Under the pieces are notes generated by a model. That model searched no databases. It saw only the letters and a program-made list of their open reading frames with translations, and was not told the origin of the DNA. Source: Candidatus Sulfotelmatobacter sp. (lineage in GTDB: Bacteria; Acidobacteriota; Terriglobia; Terriglobales; Acidobacteriaceae). Taken from it: DNA of 64,000 nucleotides. The stretch spans positions 2,655-66,654 of the forward strand of contig DATMOO010000150.1 of NCBI GenBank assembly GCA_035568275.1, in the 5' to 3' direction. Position numbers and translations under genes: made by a program. Within the stretch, counting starts at the first letter, position 1, and every line of letters starts with the position of its first letter. Below, one piece after another: positions 47,834-56,986 of this stretch.

Positions 47834-49141
47834 TTGTTTCTCTTCGGAAGGAGGCGGGGGGATGGGCTTTTCCGTCCAAACGCCGTAGACCCGGCCACCA
47901 TACGCTGCCAGCCCACTGTAGTCGCCGAAGAACAATCCGCCGGCTTCGAAGCCCTCATCGGTCCACGCGTAATTGTTGAAGGTGCGTCCCTGGTCGGTGG
48001 AGCGTGCCAACACGACGATCTGCTTACGATTCTTGGGATCGTTCCGCCGATCATAGAAGATGACATTCACCGAACCGTCGACAGGGTCCACCGCCAGCCA
48101 CTGGAAAAACTGCTCCGCTCCGTCGTGCACCGGGTCATTGTTCACTCTCGCCGCAGGAGTCCAGTGCTTACCACCATCGTCGGAGCTCGAGATAAATACA
48201 TCAAGATCGCCATTGCGAAAGTCGCTCCATGTCACATACAGGCGCTTGCTTTTCGGGTCTACGGCGATCTGAGGAAATCCGTTCGCGCGGTCCAAGGTGT
48301 TGATCGCGAACATAATAGGTGCGGTATGAATGACAGGTCGCGCATGGGAGAACGTTTTGCCGCCATCACGTGATGATGTGAACATGAGATCGTTGTCCTG
48401 GCTCCATATAATGTAGAGTGTGCCGTCGGGGCCCACCGCGCCATCGAAACCCTCCGCAGCACCATTGTCATCGCGGGGCAATCCAGGATGATCGTCGATC
48501 TCGACGGGCTCGGACCAGGTTTTCCCGTCGTCCGTCGAACGCGAGACCACCATCTGCGAGTCGGTTAGCCGCCATCGCGTCCATCCCACGTAGAGATTAC
48601 CGGCGAACTTAGTCTTCGAGTTGTCGGCGACGATATAGGGTTTGTCTTCGAAGGGAATGCCTTCCGCGGTCGGCTGCTCCGCCACGGGGATGTGGTCTGC
48701 CTCCCAGGTTTTCCCACCATCGAGCGAGCGCCTTACGAAGATGCCATTGCGCGTTGCGCCATGCGCCCAATAATTGAAAGTTCCAAGCTTATCGAATGCG
48801 ATGTAGCAAATGAACGCGTGGCCCTGGTTATCGAAGGCAGTAGAGACGTCACCCGATACCCTGTAGTTCTTCGGATCCACTCCCTCTGCGACTTGCCAAG
48901 TCTCGCCAGCGTCCTGCGAGTAAGCTGCGTGGGCATTGTCCTGAAACACCGCAACGACCTGCTTTGGATCCTCTGGGTTCACCGCAACGCCGGGCTCAGT
49001 GAAATATCCGGGCGTCGGAGTCAGAGAGAAGACGTGGGCTTGCGGCGCCTTCGGCAAGTCCTGAGCGCGCGCCACCAGACTCGTGCCAAAGCACAAGAGG
49101 AGCGCGCGATTGATATTTCGTACGCAGAGGCAGGGTGACAT
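47678..49141 (-). CDS. Secreted BNR/Asp-box repeat protein (sialidase/exo-alpha-sialidase-like six-bladed propeller)
   Basis: It has a signal peptide and six Asp-boxes (SQDAGETW, SLDGGKTW, STDDGKTW, SRDGGKTF, SSDDGGKHW, STDQGRTF). A 62-aa low-complexity C-terminal tail is encoded antisense to the ferredoxin-like stub. Confidence 0.85.
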   Translation of the reverse strand: MSPCLCVRNINRALLLCFGTSLVARAQDLPKAPQAHVFSLTPTPGYFTEPGVAVNPEDPKQVVAVFQDNAHAAYSQDAGETWQVAEGVDPKNYRVSGDVSTAFDNQGHAFICYIAFDKLGTFNYWAHGATRNGIFVRRSLDGGKTWEADHIPVAEQPTAEGIPFEDKPYIVADNSKTKFAGNLYVGWTRWRLTDSQMVVSRSTDDGKTWSEPVEIDDHPGLPRDDNGAAEGFDGAVGPDGTLYIIWSQDNDLMFTSSRDGGKTFSHARPVIHTAPIMFAINTLDRANGFPQIAVDPKSKRLYVTWSDFRNGDLDVFISSSDDGGKHWTPAARVNNDPVHDGAEQFFQWLAVDPVDGSVNVIFYDRRNDPKNRKQIVVLARSTDQGRTFNNYAWTDEGFEAGGLFFGDYSGLAAYGGRVYGVWTEKPIPPPPSEEKQSEEAKDAKPKPRGTVVKLGSADFTVEQSNRVVRLHLPQPDERIAGQPDTRQ

Positions 49142-49174
49142 ATTGGTTTGGTCCTCTTAACTGCGTCTTAAGTT

Positions 49175-50146
49175 TTAGGCCCGTTCTGTCGAACACAAGG
49201 CTGCACCGCCTGCAATTCCCGCATCAGCGCCATAATGCGCCATCAAGAGAGGAATTTCCGAGGCCCGCGGATTCACACACCAGTCCGGCAGTTCACACTT
49301 GATCTCCTCAAAGAAACTTCTCAGCATTGCAGCCACTCCGCCGCCCACGACAATGACGTCAGGATCGAGCAGGTCGACAATGTTCCCGAGCCAAATCGTC
49401 AGCAGGTGTACTGTCTCTTCAAGGACTTCGCGTGCCAACGGATCGCCCGACTCGAACGCCTTGCCTACGTGTTGACTCGTGATCGAGCTGATGTCTCCTT
49501 TGACCAAATCGAGAATTGTCTTTCCGCGCGATGGTTCGGCGGCGACTTTCGCCCGCGCTCGCGCGCCGATCGCCGGGCCGGCAGCGAGGATCTCGATGCA
49601 GCCGCGTTTGCCACATAGGCAGACCGGCCCTCGATAGTCAATGCTTACGTGACCGCCCTCGCCCGCCGATCCGGTCTTTCCGTGATAGATGGCGGCATCG
49701 AAGACGATGCCGGTTCCGATCCCGGTGCCGATCGTTGCGTAGAAGACGTAACGGAAACTCTGAGCCGCCCCCCACAGAGTCTCGGCCAATGCCGCGGCAT
49801 TCGCGTCATTGTCGACTTTCACGGGCACGCTGTATTTCGCACGCATCTTTTCGGCAAGCGGAAAATTTCGCCAGCAGGGAAGGTTCGGTGGATTCAGAAC
49901 GATTCCGCTCTTCGGATCAAGCGGCCCCGGCGCACAGATCCCAATACCCTCGATGTCCACCGCCGAGGGGGACAACACCGAATCGATCGCGCTGACAACG
50001 GCGTCTAACGCGACTTCCGGCGTTCCGTTGGCGACCATCGGCGTGCGTCCCTGAGCGAGAATCTTGCCGGACCGGTCGACAATCCCTACGGCGATCTTCG
50101 TTCCTCCGATGTCAACTCCCAGTACGCCCTTGGCGCTTCCGGTCAT
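49175..50146 (-). CDS. ROK-family sugar kinase (glucokinase/N-acetylhexosamine kinase-like)
   Basis: GVDIGGTKIAVGIV ATP motif and ROK zinc motif (GHVSIDYRGPVCLCGKRGCIE). It has a 4-nt overlap with the GH38 gene. Confidence 0.85.
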   Translation of the reverse strand: MTGSAKGVLGVDIGGTKIAVGIVDRSGKILAQGRTPMVANGTPEVALDAVVSAIDSVLSPSAVDIEGIGICAPGPLDPKSGIVLNPPNLPCWRNFPLAEKMRAKYSVPVKVDNDANAAALAETLWGAAQSFRYVFYATIGTGIGTGIVFDAAIYHGKTGSAGEGGHVSIDYRGPVCLCGKRGCIEILAAGPAIGARARAKVAAEPSRGKTILDLVKGDISSITSQHVGKAFESGDPLAREVLEETVHLLTIWLGNIVDLLDPDVIVVGGGVAAMLRSFFEEIKCELPDWCVNPRASEIPLLMAHYGADAGIAGGAALCSTERA

Positions 50147-53100
50147 TGCCGATCCCCTGCCATTTCGGGCATGCCAGAGAATTGCACTTTAACCGTCTTA
50201 ATCTCGTAGGGTTTCGTGGGTACTGTCACCTCTCCGTTTGAAACCGACAGGTTGCCCATCGGTCTCTCCATCAGATCCGTTTCCGAGGCTGACGTTGCGC
50301 CTGTTGGGAGCTGAATCGCCACATCGCCCTGCTTCCCAGCCCACTCGTAGAACCGAACGACCAGTGCGTTGTCATCCTCGGCCTTCTTGACCGCCGTCAC
50401 GATGACATTGTCGCTTTTTGCTTGCAGGAAGGAATGTTCCGCATGGAGGTTCCCCTGGTATTTGCCAACAGGTATTGCGATCAGCTTGTAATTCAGTTCA
50501 TAGCCGCGCCGAATGGTCAGTGCATCCTTCCATCCTCCTGCGTGCGGATACAAAGAGTACGTGAATTCGTGATGTCCCTCATCCGCGTGCGGGTCAGGCC
50601 ACTCCGGCGACCGCAACAAGGACAGCCGCAGCACATTCCCCTTGGCGTCGTACCCGTACTTGGAATCGTTCAACAAGCTAAGTCCGTGTTTGCCATCGGA
50701 GATGTCTGCCCAGCGCTGCGCCGGAACCTCAAATTGCGCTTGCTCCGCGGGAGTATTGCGCGTCGTCGGGCGCTCCACCGAACCAAATGGAATCTCGTAG
50801 GTAGCCTTATCGCTGTGCGCGCTTACCGGAAAAGCAACCTTCAGCAGAATGTGCTTCTCATGCCACTCCGCGTCCATCTTCACGTCAACGCGAGGGACAC
50901 CAGCATACAAAATGATGTCACGCACAAACGTTGAATTCTGAAAATGATTCTTCACGCGAATGATGGCCCGCAGCGGCCCACTCTCTACGAGTTTGACCTC
51001 GTCGGCCTTGTCCAAGTCCCAGTGCTGCTTCTCGAAGTCCGCGTCGATGTTCCACGCGTCCCATTGCTTGGGTTTATCGGCAAAAGTTTGCAGAAGATTG
51101 CCGCAGGTGGCGTTCCTCGGGCCACCCGTATCGGTCTCGGCAGGAGCCAGGGCCTCTGTCCCGCTCTTCTTGTCGTACAAGCTGGTCATGCAGCCCGTCT
51201 GAGGATCAATCTTTACTCGGATGAATTCGTTTTCCAGCGAGTCCGCCGTAGCTTTCAGGGGTGAGTGCACTGGAGAGGCTGACGCAACCCCTCGAGCAAA
51301 ATAAGTCTGATATCCAAGCGGCGGAGTATTAGAGAGCAGTAAGAAGCGCGCACGATGCGTGTCAGGATCAATCGAGAGCAACTGTGCTTCCTCAGGCTTT
51401 CCCGTTGAGTCGACCACTTCGATCTGGCGAGCCGGAGCAGGCAGTTGTACCTCGATCTCGCTCACCTCGGTTCGGGGCCAGGAAAGGGAATTGAACAGTA
51501 TCACCGGCGTGCCCTCGCCCTGCGTATTCACATGCGCAGCGATCTCGCGCACCGATCCATACGTGACCTCGTTCGCAGCCCGGTCCACATTCTCCAGATT
51601 GCGCTTGGCATCCAGATAATTCACCGCAATGCCCGAGCCCGGCATGATGTCGTGGAAGTGATCGAAAAGCAGATTCTTCCACGTCTGCGTCATCACTTCT
51701 TGTGGGTAAGGGCGTCCGTAAAGCAAAGCGAGTGACGCGAACTTTTCGGCGTTCAACACATTTTCTTCGGAGCGCCGGATCCTCCGCTTAGTTTCCGCCT
51801 GTGTCGTGAAGACGCCGCGATGATACTGAAAGTAGAGCTCCCCATCCCAGGTCGGAACCTGCATCGAGGGCAACTTCTTCTCCATGTCGCTGAAGAACTC
51901 GCTGGCAAAACTGAACTCCAGCTTTGGGAAAACTGTATCGGGCGCTCGCAACTGCTCGGCATGATCGAGCATCACCCGAGTCGGCCCACCCCCGTGATCG
52001 CCAACGCCGTACAGGTGCATCATCTCGGGCCTGTCGGTAATCTTCGGGCCGTAGATCGAAGGCATCCATTGCGCCACCTGACTCCCCAACGGTTCCGCAT
52101 CAATGGGATCAGCATAATCGTGTGGAAAATATGTCAGCAATCGGCTGCCATCCGGCGCCTGCCACCAGAAGAACTTGTAGGGAAACGTGGTGAATTCGTG
52201 CGCCCACATCAGCTTCTGGGTCACGAAATAGTCCATCCCTGATCGCTTGTAGATCTGCGGCAGTTGATAGTTGTAACCGAACGAGTCCGGATTCCATCCG
52301 ATCTTCACATCTACGCCAAAGTTCTTCTGGAAATAGCGTTTGCCAACCAGGATCTGTCGAACCAGCGACTCACCGTCGGGCATATTCAGGTCAGGTTCCA
52401 CCCACATCCCGCCGACGAGCTCCCATCGACCCTCTTTCACGCGCTGCTCGATCTGATGATAGATATCCGGATACTTTTCCTGCATCCATTCGTAGGTCCG
52501 GGCCGAAGACATCGTGAACTTGAAGTCGGGATATTCGCGCATCAAATCGAGCACACTATTGAATGTGTTCCGAACCACTTCGACCGTCTCGGTCCATGGC
52601 CAGAGCCATGCCATGTCGATGTGAGAGTTGCCGACGGCGCGAATCGTGAACTGCTGCAGCCAGGGTTTCAGAACTTCCAGTTTGGCGTGTGCCGATTTGA
52701 GTGATGTATCAAACGCCGCCTGATCCCCCTTCTCGAGCGGAGAGAAATCAACCGCTTGAACCGCCGCCTGGAGTTGGCGCTCGCGCTCTGCTTTTCCATC
52801 CTCATAGGCGGCGATAATCGGACGAGAGGCCAGAAGCTCCAGCCGCAGCCGGGCAGGATCCGGGCGCGATTTCGGAGCATCGATCGTAAGCTCGCTGTGA
52901 AAGAACTCCGACTGCACCGTATCTGGCCCAACCACGCGCGCGGCTACCAGAAATTTCTGCGCCGGCTGCGCGCTCTCGGTCAACAGCACCGGCAGGATGT
53001 TGTCATCATCACCGCGGTAGAGCACGGCGCCGTTGGAGAAGACTGTGATCATCAGTCTGCCCGGGCTGCCGAAACGCAAATCCAGCCAAACGCGGGCTCC

Positions 53101-53424
53101 CTGAGTGGCGTAGCCGTTGATCTTCTCCGGAATCTGAATCGAGCGCCGGAAGACGCGAGTCCCGGTCCAATGTTCCTCATTCGCATGCTGACCTCCCGGA
53201 CCCGACACATTCTTTACAGTGAAGATGCCCCACTCCGAATCCCTCAAGCCGGGATCTTCCGGATGCGGAATGTCACTATTAAAACGCCACTCGGATTCGG
53301 CTTGATGAGTGAGCGAGTTGAGCCGATCGAGAGTCGCCTTGTAAGGTTCTGCAGCAGTGTTCTGGCAAAAGCCGGCAGCAGCAAAAAGGAGTGGAAAGAG
53401 GACGAAAAAAGCGCAACGCTTCAT
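50143..53424 (-). CDS. Alpha-mannosidase, GH38
   Basis: The start is taken at MKRCAFFVLFPLLFAAAGFCQ (signal peptide). It has GH38 core motifs (AVGNSHIDMAWLWPW, GGMWVEPD.NMP.GESLVRQ, WNPDSFGY). Confidence 0.9.
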   Translation of the reverse strand: MKRCAFFVLFPLLFAAAGFCQNTAAEPYKATLDRLNSLTHQAESEWRFNSDIPHPEDPGLRDSEWGIFTVKNVSGPGGQHANEEHWTGTRVFRRSIQIPEKINGYATQGARVWLDLRFGSPGRLMITVFSNGAVLYRGDDDNILPVLLTESAQPAQKFLVAARVVGPDTVQSEFFHSELTIDAPKSRPDPARLRLELLASRPIIAAYEDGKAERERQLQAAVQAVDFSPLEKGDQAAFDTSLKSAHAKLEVLKPWLQQFTIRAVGNSHIDMAWLWPWTETVEVVRNTFNSVLDLMREYPDFKFTMSSARTYEWMQEKYPDIYHQIEQRVKEGRWELVGGMWVEPDLNMPDGESLVRQILVGKRYFQKNFGVDVKIGWNPDSFGYNYQLPQIYKRSGMDYFVTQKLMWAHEFTTFPYKFFWWQAPDGSRLLTYFPHDYADPIDAEPLGSQVAQWMPSIYGPKITDRPEMMHLYGVGDHGGGPTRVMLDHAEQLRAPDTVFPKLEFSFASEFFSDMEKKLPSMQVPTWDGELYFQYHRGVFTTQAETKRRIRRSEENVLNAEKFASLALLYGRPYPQEVMTQTWKNLLFDHFHDIMPGSGIAVNYLDAKRNLENVDRAANEVTYGSVREIAAHVNTQGEGTPVILFNSLSWPRTEVSEIEVQLPAPARQIEVVDSTGKPEEAQLLSIDPDTHRARFLLLSNTPPLGYQTYFARGVASASPVHSPLKATADSLENEFIRVKIDPQTGCMTSLYDKKSGTEALAPAETDTGGPRNATCGNLLQTFADKPKQWDAWNIDADFEKQHWDLDKADEVKLVESGPLRAIIRVKNHFQNSTFVRDIILYAGVPRVDVKMDAEWHEKHILLKVAFPVSAHSDKATYEIPFGSVERPTTRNTPAEQAQFEVPAQRWADISDGKHGLSLLNDSKYGYDAKGNVLRLSLLRSPEWPDPHADEGHHEFTYSLYPHAGGWKDALTIRRGYELNYKLIAIPVGKYQGNLHAEHSFLQAKSDNVIVTAVKKAEDDNALVVRFYEWAGKQGDVAIQLPTGATSASETDLMERPMGNLSVSNGEVTVPTKPYEIKTVKVQFSGMPEMAGDRQ

Positions 53425-53615
53425 AATTAAAGACGCTACCTTTCTAGCCAAATGAAGGTGGGATACAGGCTGCCAAAGCAACGAAAGATTATCACTAACC
53501 GCTTGCAAGGAAGCTAAGTTGTTGATTTTACAGTGTTGAGAGGTGTCTGAGTGATAATGCAAAAATTCTGATTCCTTTTATCGAAATTTTGAGTCTAAGC
53601 CGGAGAACAGTAATG

Positions 53616-53644
53616 TTGACGGGCGCCAGTTGAGCCCGTAGAAT
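53616..53644 (+). promoter_or_regulatory. Sigma-70-type promoter TTGACG-N17-TAGAAT
   Basis: The -35 element is at 53616-53621 and the -10 element at 53639-53644, with an exact 17-nt spacer. The leader ATG is only 10 nt after the -10 box. Confidence 0.6.
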
Positions 53645-53654
53645 CAAACCTCGA

Positions 53655-53750
53655 ATGTCAGTGATCTCCAATCTTCGCGCGGTGTGCTGCTGCATCTGTT
53701 GTTGTTGTTGTGGATGCGTGCGCTCTGGCGCGGGGAGGCTGCTGACTTAA
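53655..53750 (+). CDS. Putative Cys-rich leader peptide (31 codons, 9 Cys) of the sulfite-reduction/cysteine-pathway operon
   Basis: Hand translation gives MSVISNLRAVCCCICCCCCGCVRSGAGRLLT-TAA, with Cys at codons 11-13, 15-19 and 21 (4 TGC, 5 TGT). It is not in the ORF track because it is too short. Confidence 0.6.
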   Translation: MSVISNLRAVCCCICCCCCGCVRSGAGRLLT

Positions 53751-53780
53751 GAATTTCTTCTTAAAGTAATAGCACTCATC

Positions 53781-53816
53781 AACCCACCGCCAGACGATCT
53801 GGCGGTGGGTTTTTTA
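53781..53816 (+). terminator. Intrinsic terminator / attenuator hairpin between the leader ORF and sir
   Basis: A perfect 14-bp stem AACCCACCGCCAGA / TCTGGCGGTGGGTT with a 3-nt loop, followed by T6. The sir ATG lies 12 nt after the T-tract. Confidence 0.8.
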
Positions 53817-53827
53817 GTGCCCCAAAC

Positions 53828-55555
53828 ATGACCGATACGACGACAAAAACGAAAAAAGAAACCGCGGCGCAGCGCGCGGAGCGCCTTAAGCGCGCCATGA
53901 ATCCCTGGGAAGGATTGGACGAGATCCGCCGCTTTGCGCGTGAGGGATTCGATTCGATCCCGCCCGAGTGGATCGGCACCTACTTCCGCTGGTGGGGCGT
54001 TTACACCCAGGGCGATGGTGCTGGCGTCACCGGCGGCCAAGGAGGCGTGGGGCGCGCGTTGCAGCGTTTCATGGTTCGCATCCGGATTCCCAACGGCATC
54101 ATGAGCTCGCATCAGTTGCGCGCCATCGCAGACCTCACTCGCCGCTACGCCAACGGAATCGCCGATCTCACCGTTCGTCAAAACATTCAACTGCATTGGG
54201 TCACGATTGAGTCCTTGCCAGAAGTTCTTGATGGCCTGTGGCGCGTGGGACTTAACACCACGGGAGCTTGCGGAGATGTCGTCCGCAACGTGACGGGTTG
54301 CCCAGTTGCTGGGGTCGATGCTGACGAGATTATCGACGCTTCACCTCTCGTGCTTGAAACATCGCAGTTGCTCGCGGGAAACTCGAAGTTCTACAACCTG
54401 CCGCGGAAGTTCAAGATTTCCATCGCCGGATGCCACTCCTGGTGCTCCTATCCCGAAATCAACGACATTGGCCTGACCGCGATCACGCGCACCGTCGGCG
54501 GGAAGAAGGAAGTTGGATTTTCCCTGCGTGTTGCTGGTGGACTATCGGCGGAACCTTATCTTGGTGCGCGCCTCGACGCATTTGTTCAGCAGGGTCAGGT
54601 CGTGCCAGTTATTAAGGGCATTGCCGAACTCTTCCGCGACTCCGAAGTTCTCCGCGAGCATCGCGAGCGCGCCCGCCTGAAGTTCCTCTTCCTGCGTCAT
54701 GAATGGACGGCTGAGCAATTTCTCGACGAGTTGCATCAGCGCCTCGGGTTCCGTCTCGATCCCGCCGCCGAAGAGCATCCTCCCGACGATGTGTATCGCG
54801 ACCACGTCGGCATTCATGCACAGAAACAGCCCGGTCTTTCTTACGTCGGAGCGGTAGTGCTGCGGGGACGAATTACGGCCGACCAGATGCAGTCGGCTGC
54901 CGATGTGGCCGAGCGCTATGCAAGCGGCGAACTCCGCGCGACCACCATGCAGAACCTGCTGGTTGTCAATGTTCCCACGATCAATGCCGACGCATTGGCC
55001 AAAGAGCTTGACGCAATTGGATTCCAGGTGAGCGGGTCAGCCTTCGCGCGCGGGGCAGTCGCTTGCAGCGGCACGGAATTCTGCAAGCTCGCGATTACAG
55101 AAACGAAAAGCTTCTCGCGTTGGCTAGTCGAGGAGATGGAAGAGCGCCTGCCCGGCTTCGATCAGCACCTGAAGCTGCACGTCACAGGATGCCCAAACAG
55201 TTGCGGACAGCACTGGATCGCTGATGTCGGGATTGAGGGCAAGAAGATCAAAGTCGCTGACGGCCTGGCCGATGCCTACTACTTCTGCGTCGGCGGCGCC
55301 CTCGGTCTTCATCAGTCGACAGCGCGCCCGGTAGGATATCGCTGCCTCGCCACCGAAGTACCGGATGCTCTGGAACGTTTGCTCGGGCGATATCTGGCTG
55401 ACCGCAATCCCGGGGAGAATCTGCGCAGATTCTTTTCCCGCCACAGTGACTCTGAACTGCGCGAGTTTTTGGCGGGCGAGAACGTGCCCGCGGTAGTACG
55501 CGATCTGCCCTCTCCCCAAAATTTGGTTCACCTGGCAGGAGGTATCGGTGACTAG
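53828..55555 (+). CDS. sir: Assimilatory sulfite reductase (ferredoxin-dependent, siroheme/[4Fe-4S] NirA/Sir family)
   Basis: 575 aa with two nitrite/sulfite reductase half-domains and a Cys cluster motif (ACSGTEFCKLA...VTGCPNSCGQHW). It shares an operon with siroheme synthesis genes and cysH, which favours sulfite over nitrite as substrate. Confidence 0.85.
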   Translation: MTDTTTKTKKETAAQRAERLKRAMNPWEGLDEIRRFAREGFDSIPPEWIGTYFRWWGVYTQGDGAGVTGGQGGVGRALQRFMVRIRIPNGIMSSHQLRAIADLTRRYANGIADLTVRQNIQLHWVTIESLPEVLDGLWRVGLNTTGACGDVVRNVTGCPVAGVDADEIIDASPLVLETSQLLAGNSKFYNLPRKFKISIAGCHSWCSYPEINDIGLTAITRTVGGKKEVGFSLRVAGGLSAEPYLGARLDAFVQQGQVVPVIKGIAELFRDSEVLREHRERARLKFLFLRHEWTAEQFLDELHQRLGFRLDPAAEEHPPDDVYRDHVGIHAQKQPGLSYVGAVVLRGRITADQMQSAADVAERYASGELRATTMQNLLVVNVPTINADALAKELDAIGFQVSGSAFARGAVACSGTEFCKLAITETKSFSRWLVEEMEERLPGFDQHLKLHVTGCPNSCGQHWIADVGIEGKKIKVADGLADAYYFCVGGALGLHQSTARPVGYRCLATEVPDALERLLGRYLADRNPGENLRRFFSRHSDSELREFLAGENVPAVVRDLPSPQNLVHLAGGIGD

Positions 55556-56180
55556 CTTATTTCCGATGTTCATGAAACTGGGAGGGAGACAGTGCTTGGT
55601 CGTTGGGGCCGGCAAGGTCGGCGAACCGAAGATCGCTGGCTTGCTCGAGACCGGAACGCGCATTCGCGTTGTCGCTCTCGACGCCAGCCCTGCCGTTCGC
55701 GAATGGGCACGCTCGGGGAAGATAGAACTCGAACTGCGCGCCTTTACCAATGACGACCTGCACGGAGCGTTTCTGGTCGTCGTCGCTACAGCTTCGCGCA
55801 CTCTGAATGAACGCATCTATCACGAGGCTCAAAGACTGGGCATCCTCTGCAACGTAGTCGATGTCCCGGAGCTCTGCGATTTCTTCTATCCGTCAATTGT
55901 TCGCCGCGGGGATTTGCAGATTGCGGTTTCGACCTCGGGGAAGAGTCCCTCCTTGGCGCAGAAAATCAGGCAACAGCTCGAAAAGCAGTTCGGGCCAGCC
56001 TACGCCGCCTGGGTGGCCGAGCTGGGCGAGACCAGGAAGCTCATTCTAGCCAGCGATCTCGACGAGGAGCGCAAACTCGATCTCCTTCATTCGCTGGCGA
56101 GCAAGGAAGCATTCGAAGCCGCTCTGGCAGAGAACCCCGAGTTGGCGGACGCACTCACCACGCACGGAGAAAAAGCATGA
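55548..56180 (+). CDS. sirC: Precorrin-2 dehydrogenase / sirohydrochlorin ferrochelatase (CysG N-terminal-like, SirC/Met8 type)
   Basis: 210 aa with a Rossmann motif (LVVGAGKVGEPKIAGLLETG) and ...IAVSTSGKSPSLAQKIRQQLE, as in the siroheme synthase N-domain. Confidence 0.8.
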   Translation: MTSLFPMFMKLGGRQCLVVGAGKVGEPKIAGLLETGTRIRVVALDASPAVREWARSGKIELELRAFTNDDLHGAFLVVVATASRTLNERIYHEAQRLGILCNVVDVPELCDFFYPSIVRRGDLQIAVSTSGKSPSLAQKIRQQLEKQFGPAYAAWVAELGETRKLILASDLDEERKLDLLHSLASKEAFEAALAENPELADALTTHGEKA

Positions 56181-56986
56181 AGGGGAGAGTTTCTTTAGTT
56201 GGGGCAGGGCCCGGCGATCCAGAGTTGCTGACCGTGAGAGGTCTGCGATTGCTGCAGACAGCCGACGCTGTCTTGTATGACGAGTTGGTCTCTGCTGAGA
56301 TCCTGAATCTGATTCCGGCAGCGGCGCAGCTGCACAATGTCGGCAAACGATGCGGAACGAAGAGGATCCAGCAGGAAGAGATCAACTTCTTGATGATTGC
56401 CCTCGCGGACTCTGGTTTGAAAGTAGTTCGTTTGAAGTCTGGCGACCCCATGATTTTCGGCCGTGCCGGCGAGGAGATCGAAGCTCTTCGCAAAGCGAAC
56501 ATTGATTACGAGATTGTCCCCGGGGTGACGTCCGCACTAGGAGCCGCTGCATCGGTGGAGATACCGCTGACGCATCGCCGCGAGTCGTCAGCCGTTGTAT
56601 TTCTCACAGCGCATCAGGCTTCGAACAGCGCGGCGGCAGACTGGAGCAAACTGGCCGGAAGCGGCGCCACTCTGGTGATCTACATGCCCGGCCACAATTA
56701 CGCGGACATGTCGGCTAAATTGAAAGCCGCGGGCCTGCCCAACGACACGCCCTGCGCGATCGTTTCCCGCGCGACCACCCCGGACCAGCAGACGTTTCGC
56801 ACTAGCGTCGGCGAGTTGCCGGTCTCTCCCACATTGCCTGCTCCGACTCTGCTTGTGGTCGGTGATGTCGTCCGACATGCCGCCGATGACCGGTCCCAAT
56901 TTGCTTCGAGCGGCAGCGATTCTATTCCTGCTGAATTGGTTTCGGTTTTCCATGCAGAGTCCATTCAAGAGGAGCCAGTCGCGTGA
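56177..56986 (+). CDS. cobA: Uroporphyrinogen-III C-methyltransferase
   Basis: VSLVGAGPGDPELLTVRG, VVRLKSGDPMIFGR and IVPGVTSA are SUMT signatures. Confidence 0.9.
   Translation: MKGRVSLVGAGPGDPELLTVRGLRLLQTADAVLYDELVSAEILNLIPAAAQLHNVGKRCGTKRIQQEEINFLMIALADSGLKVVRLKSGDPMIFGRAGEEIEALRKANIDYEIVPGVTSALGAAASVEIPLTHRRESSAVVFLTAHQASNSAAADWSKLAGSGATLVIYMPGHNYADMSAKLKAAGLPNDTPCAIVSRATTPDQQTFRTSVGELPVSPTLPAPTLLVVGDVVRHAADDRSQFASSGSDSIPAELVSVFHAESIQEEPVA

Noticed and set aside
53655-53750. The Cys-rich 31-aa ORF as a metallothionein-like or other functional peptide.
   Set aside because: Promoter, short ORF, terminator and biosynthetic operon form the textbook attenuator layout, and the Cys block sits exactly where regulatory codons are expected. 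A peptide function cannot be excluded but is less parsimonious.
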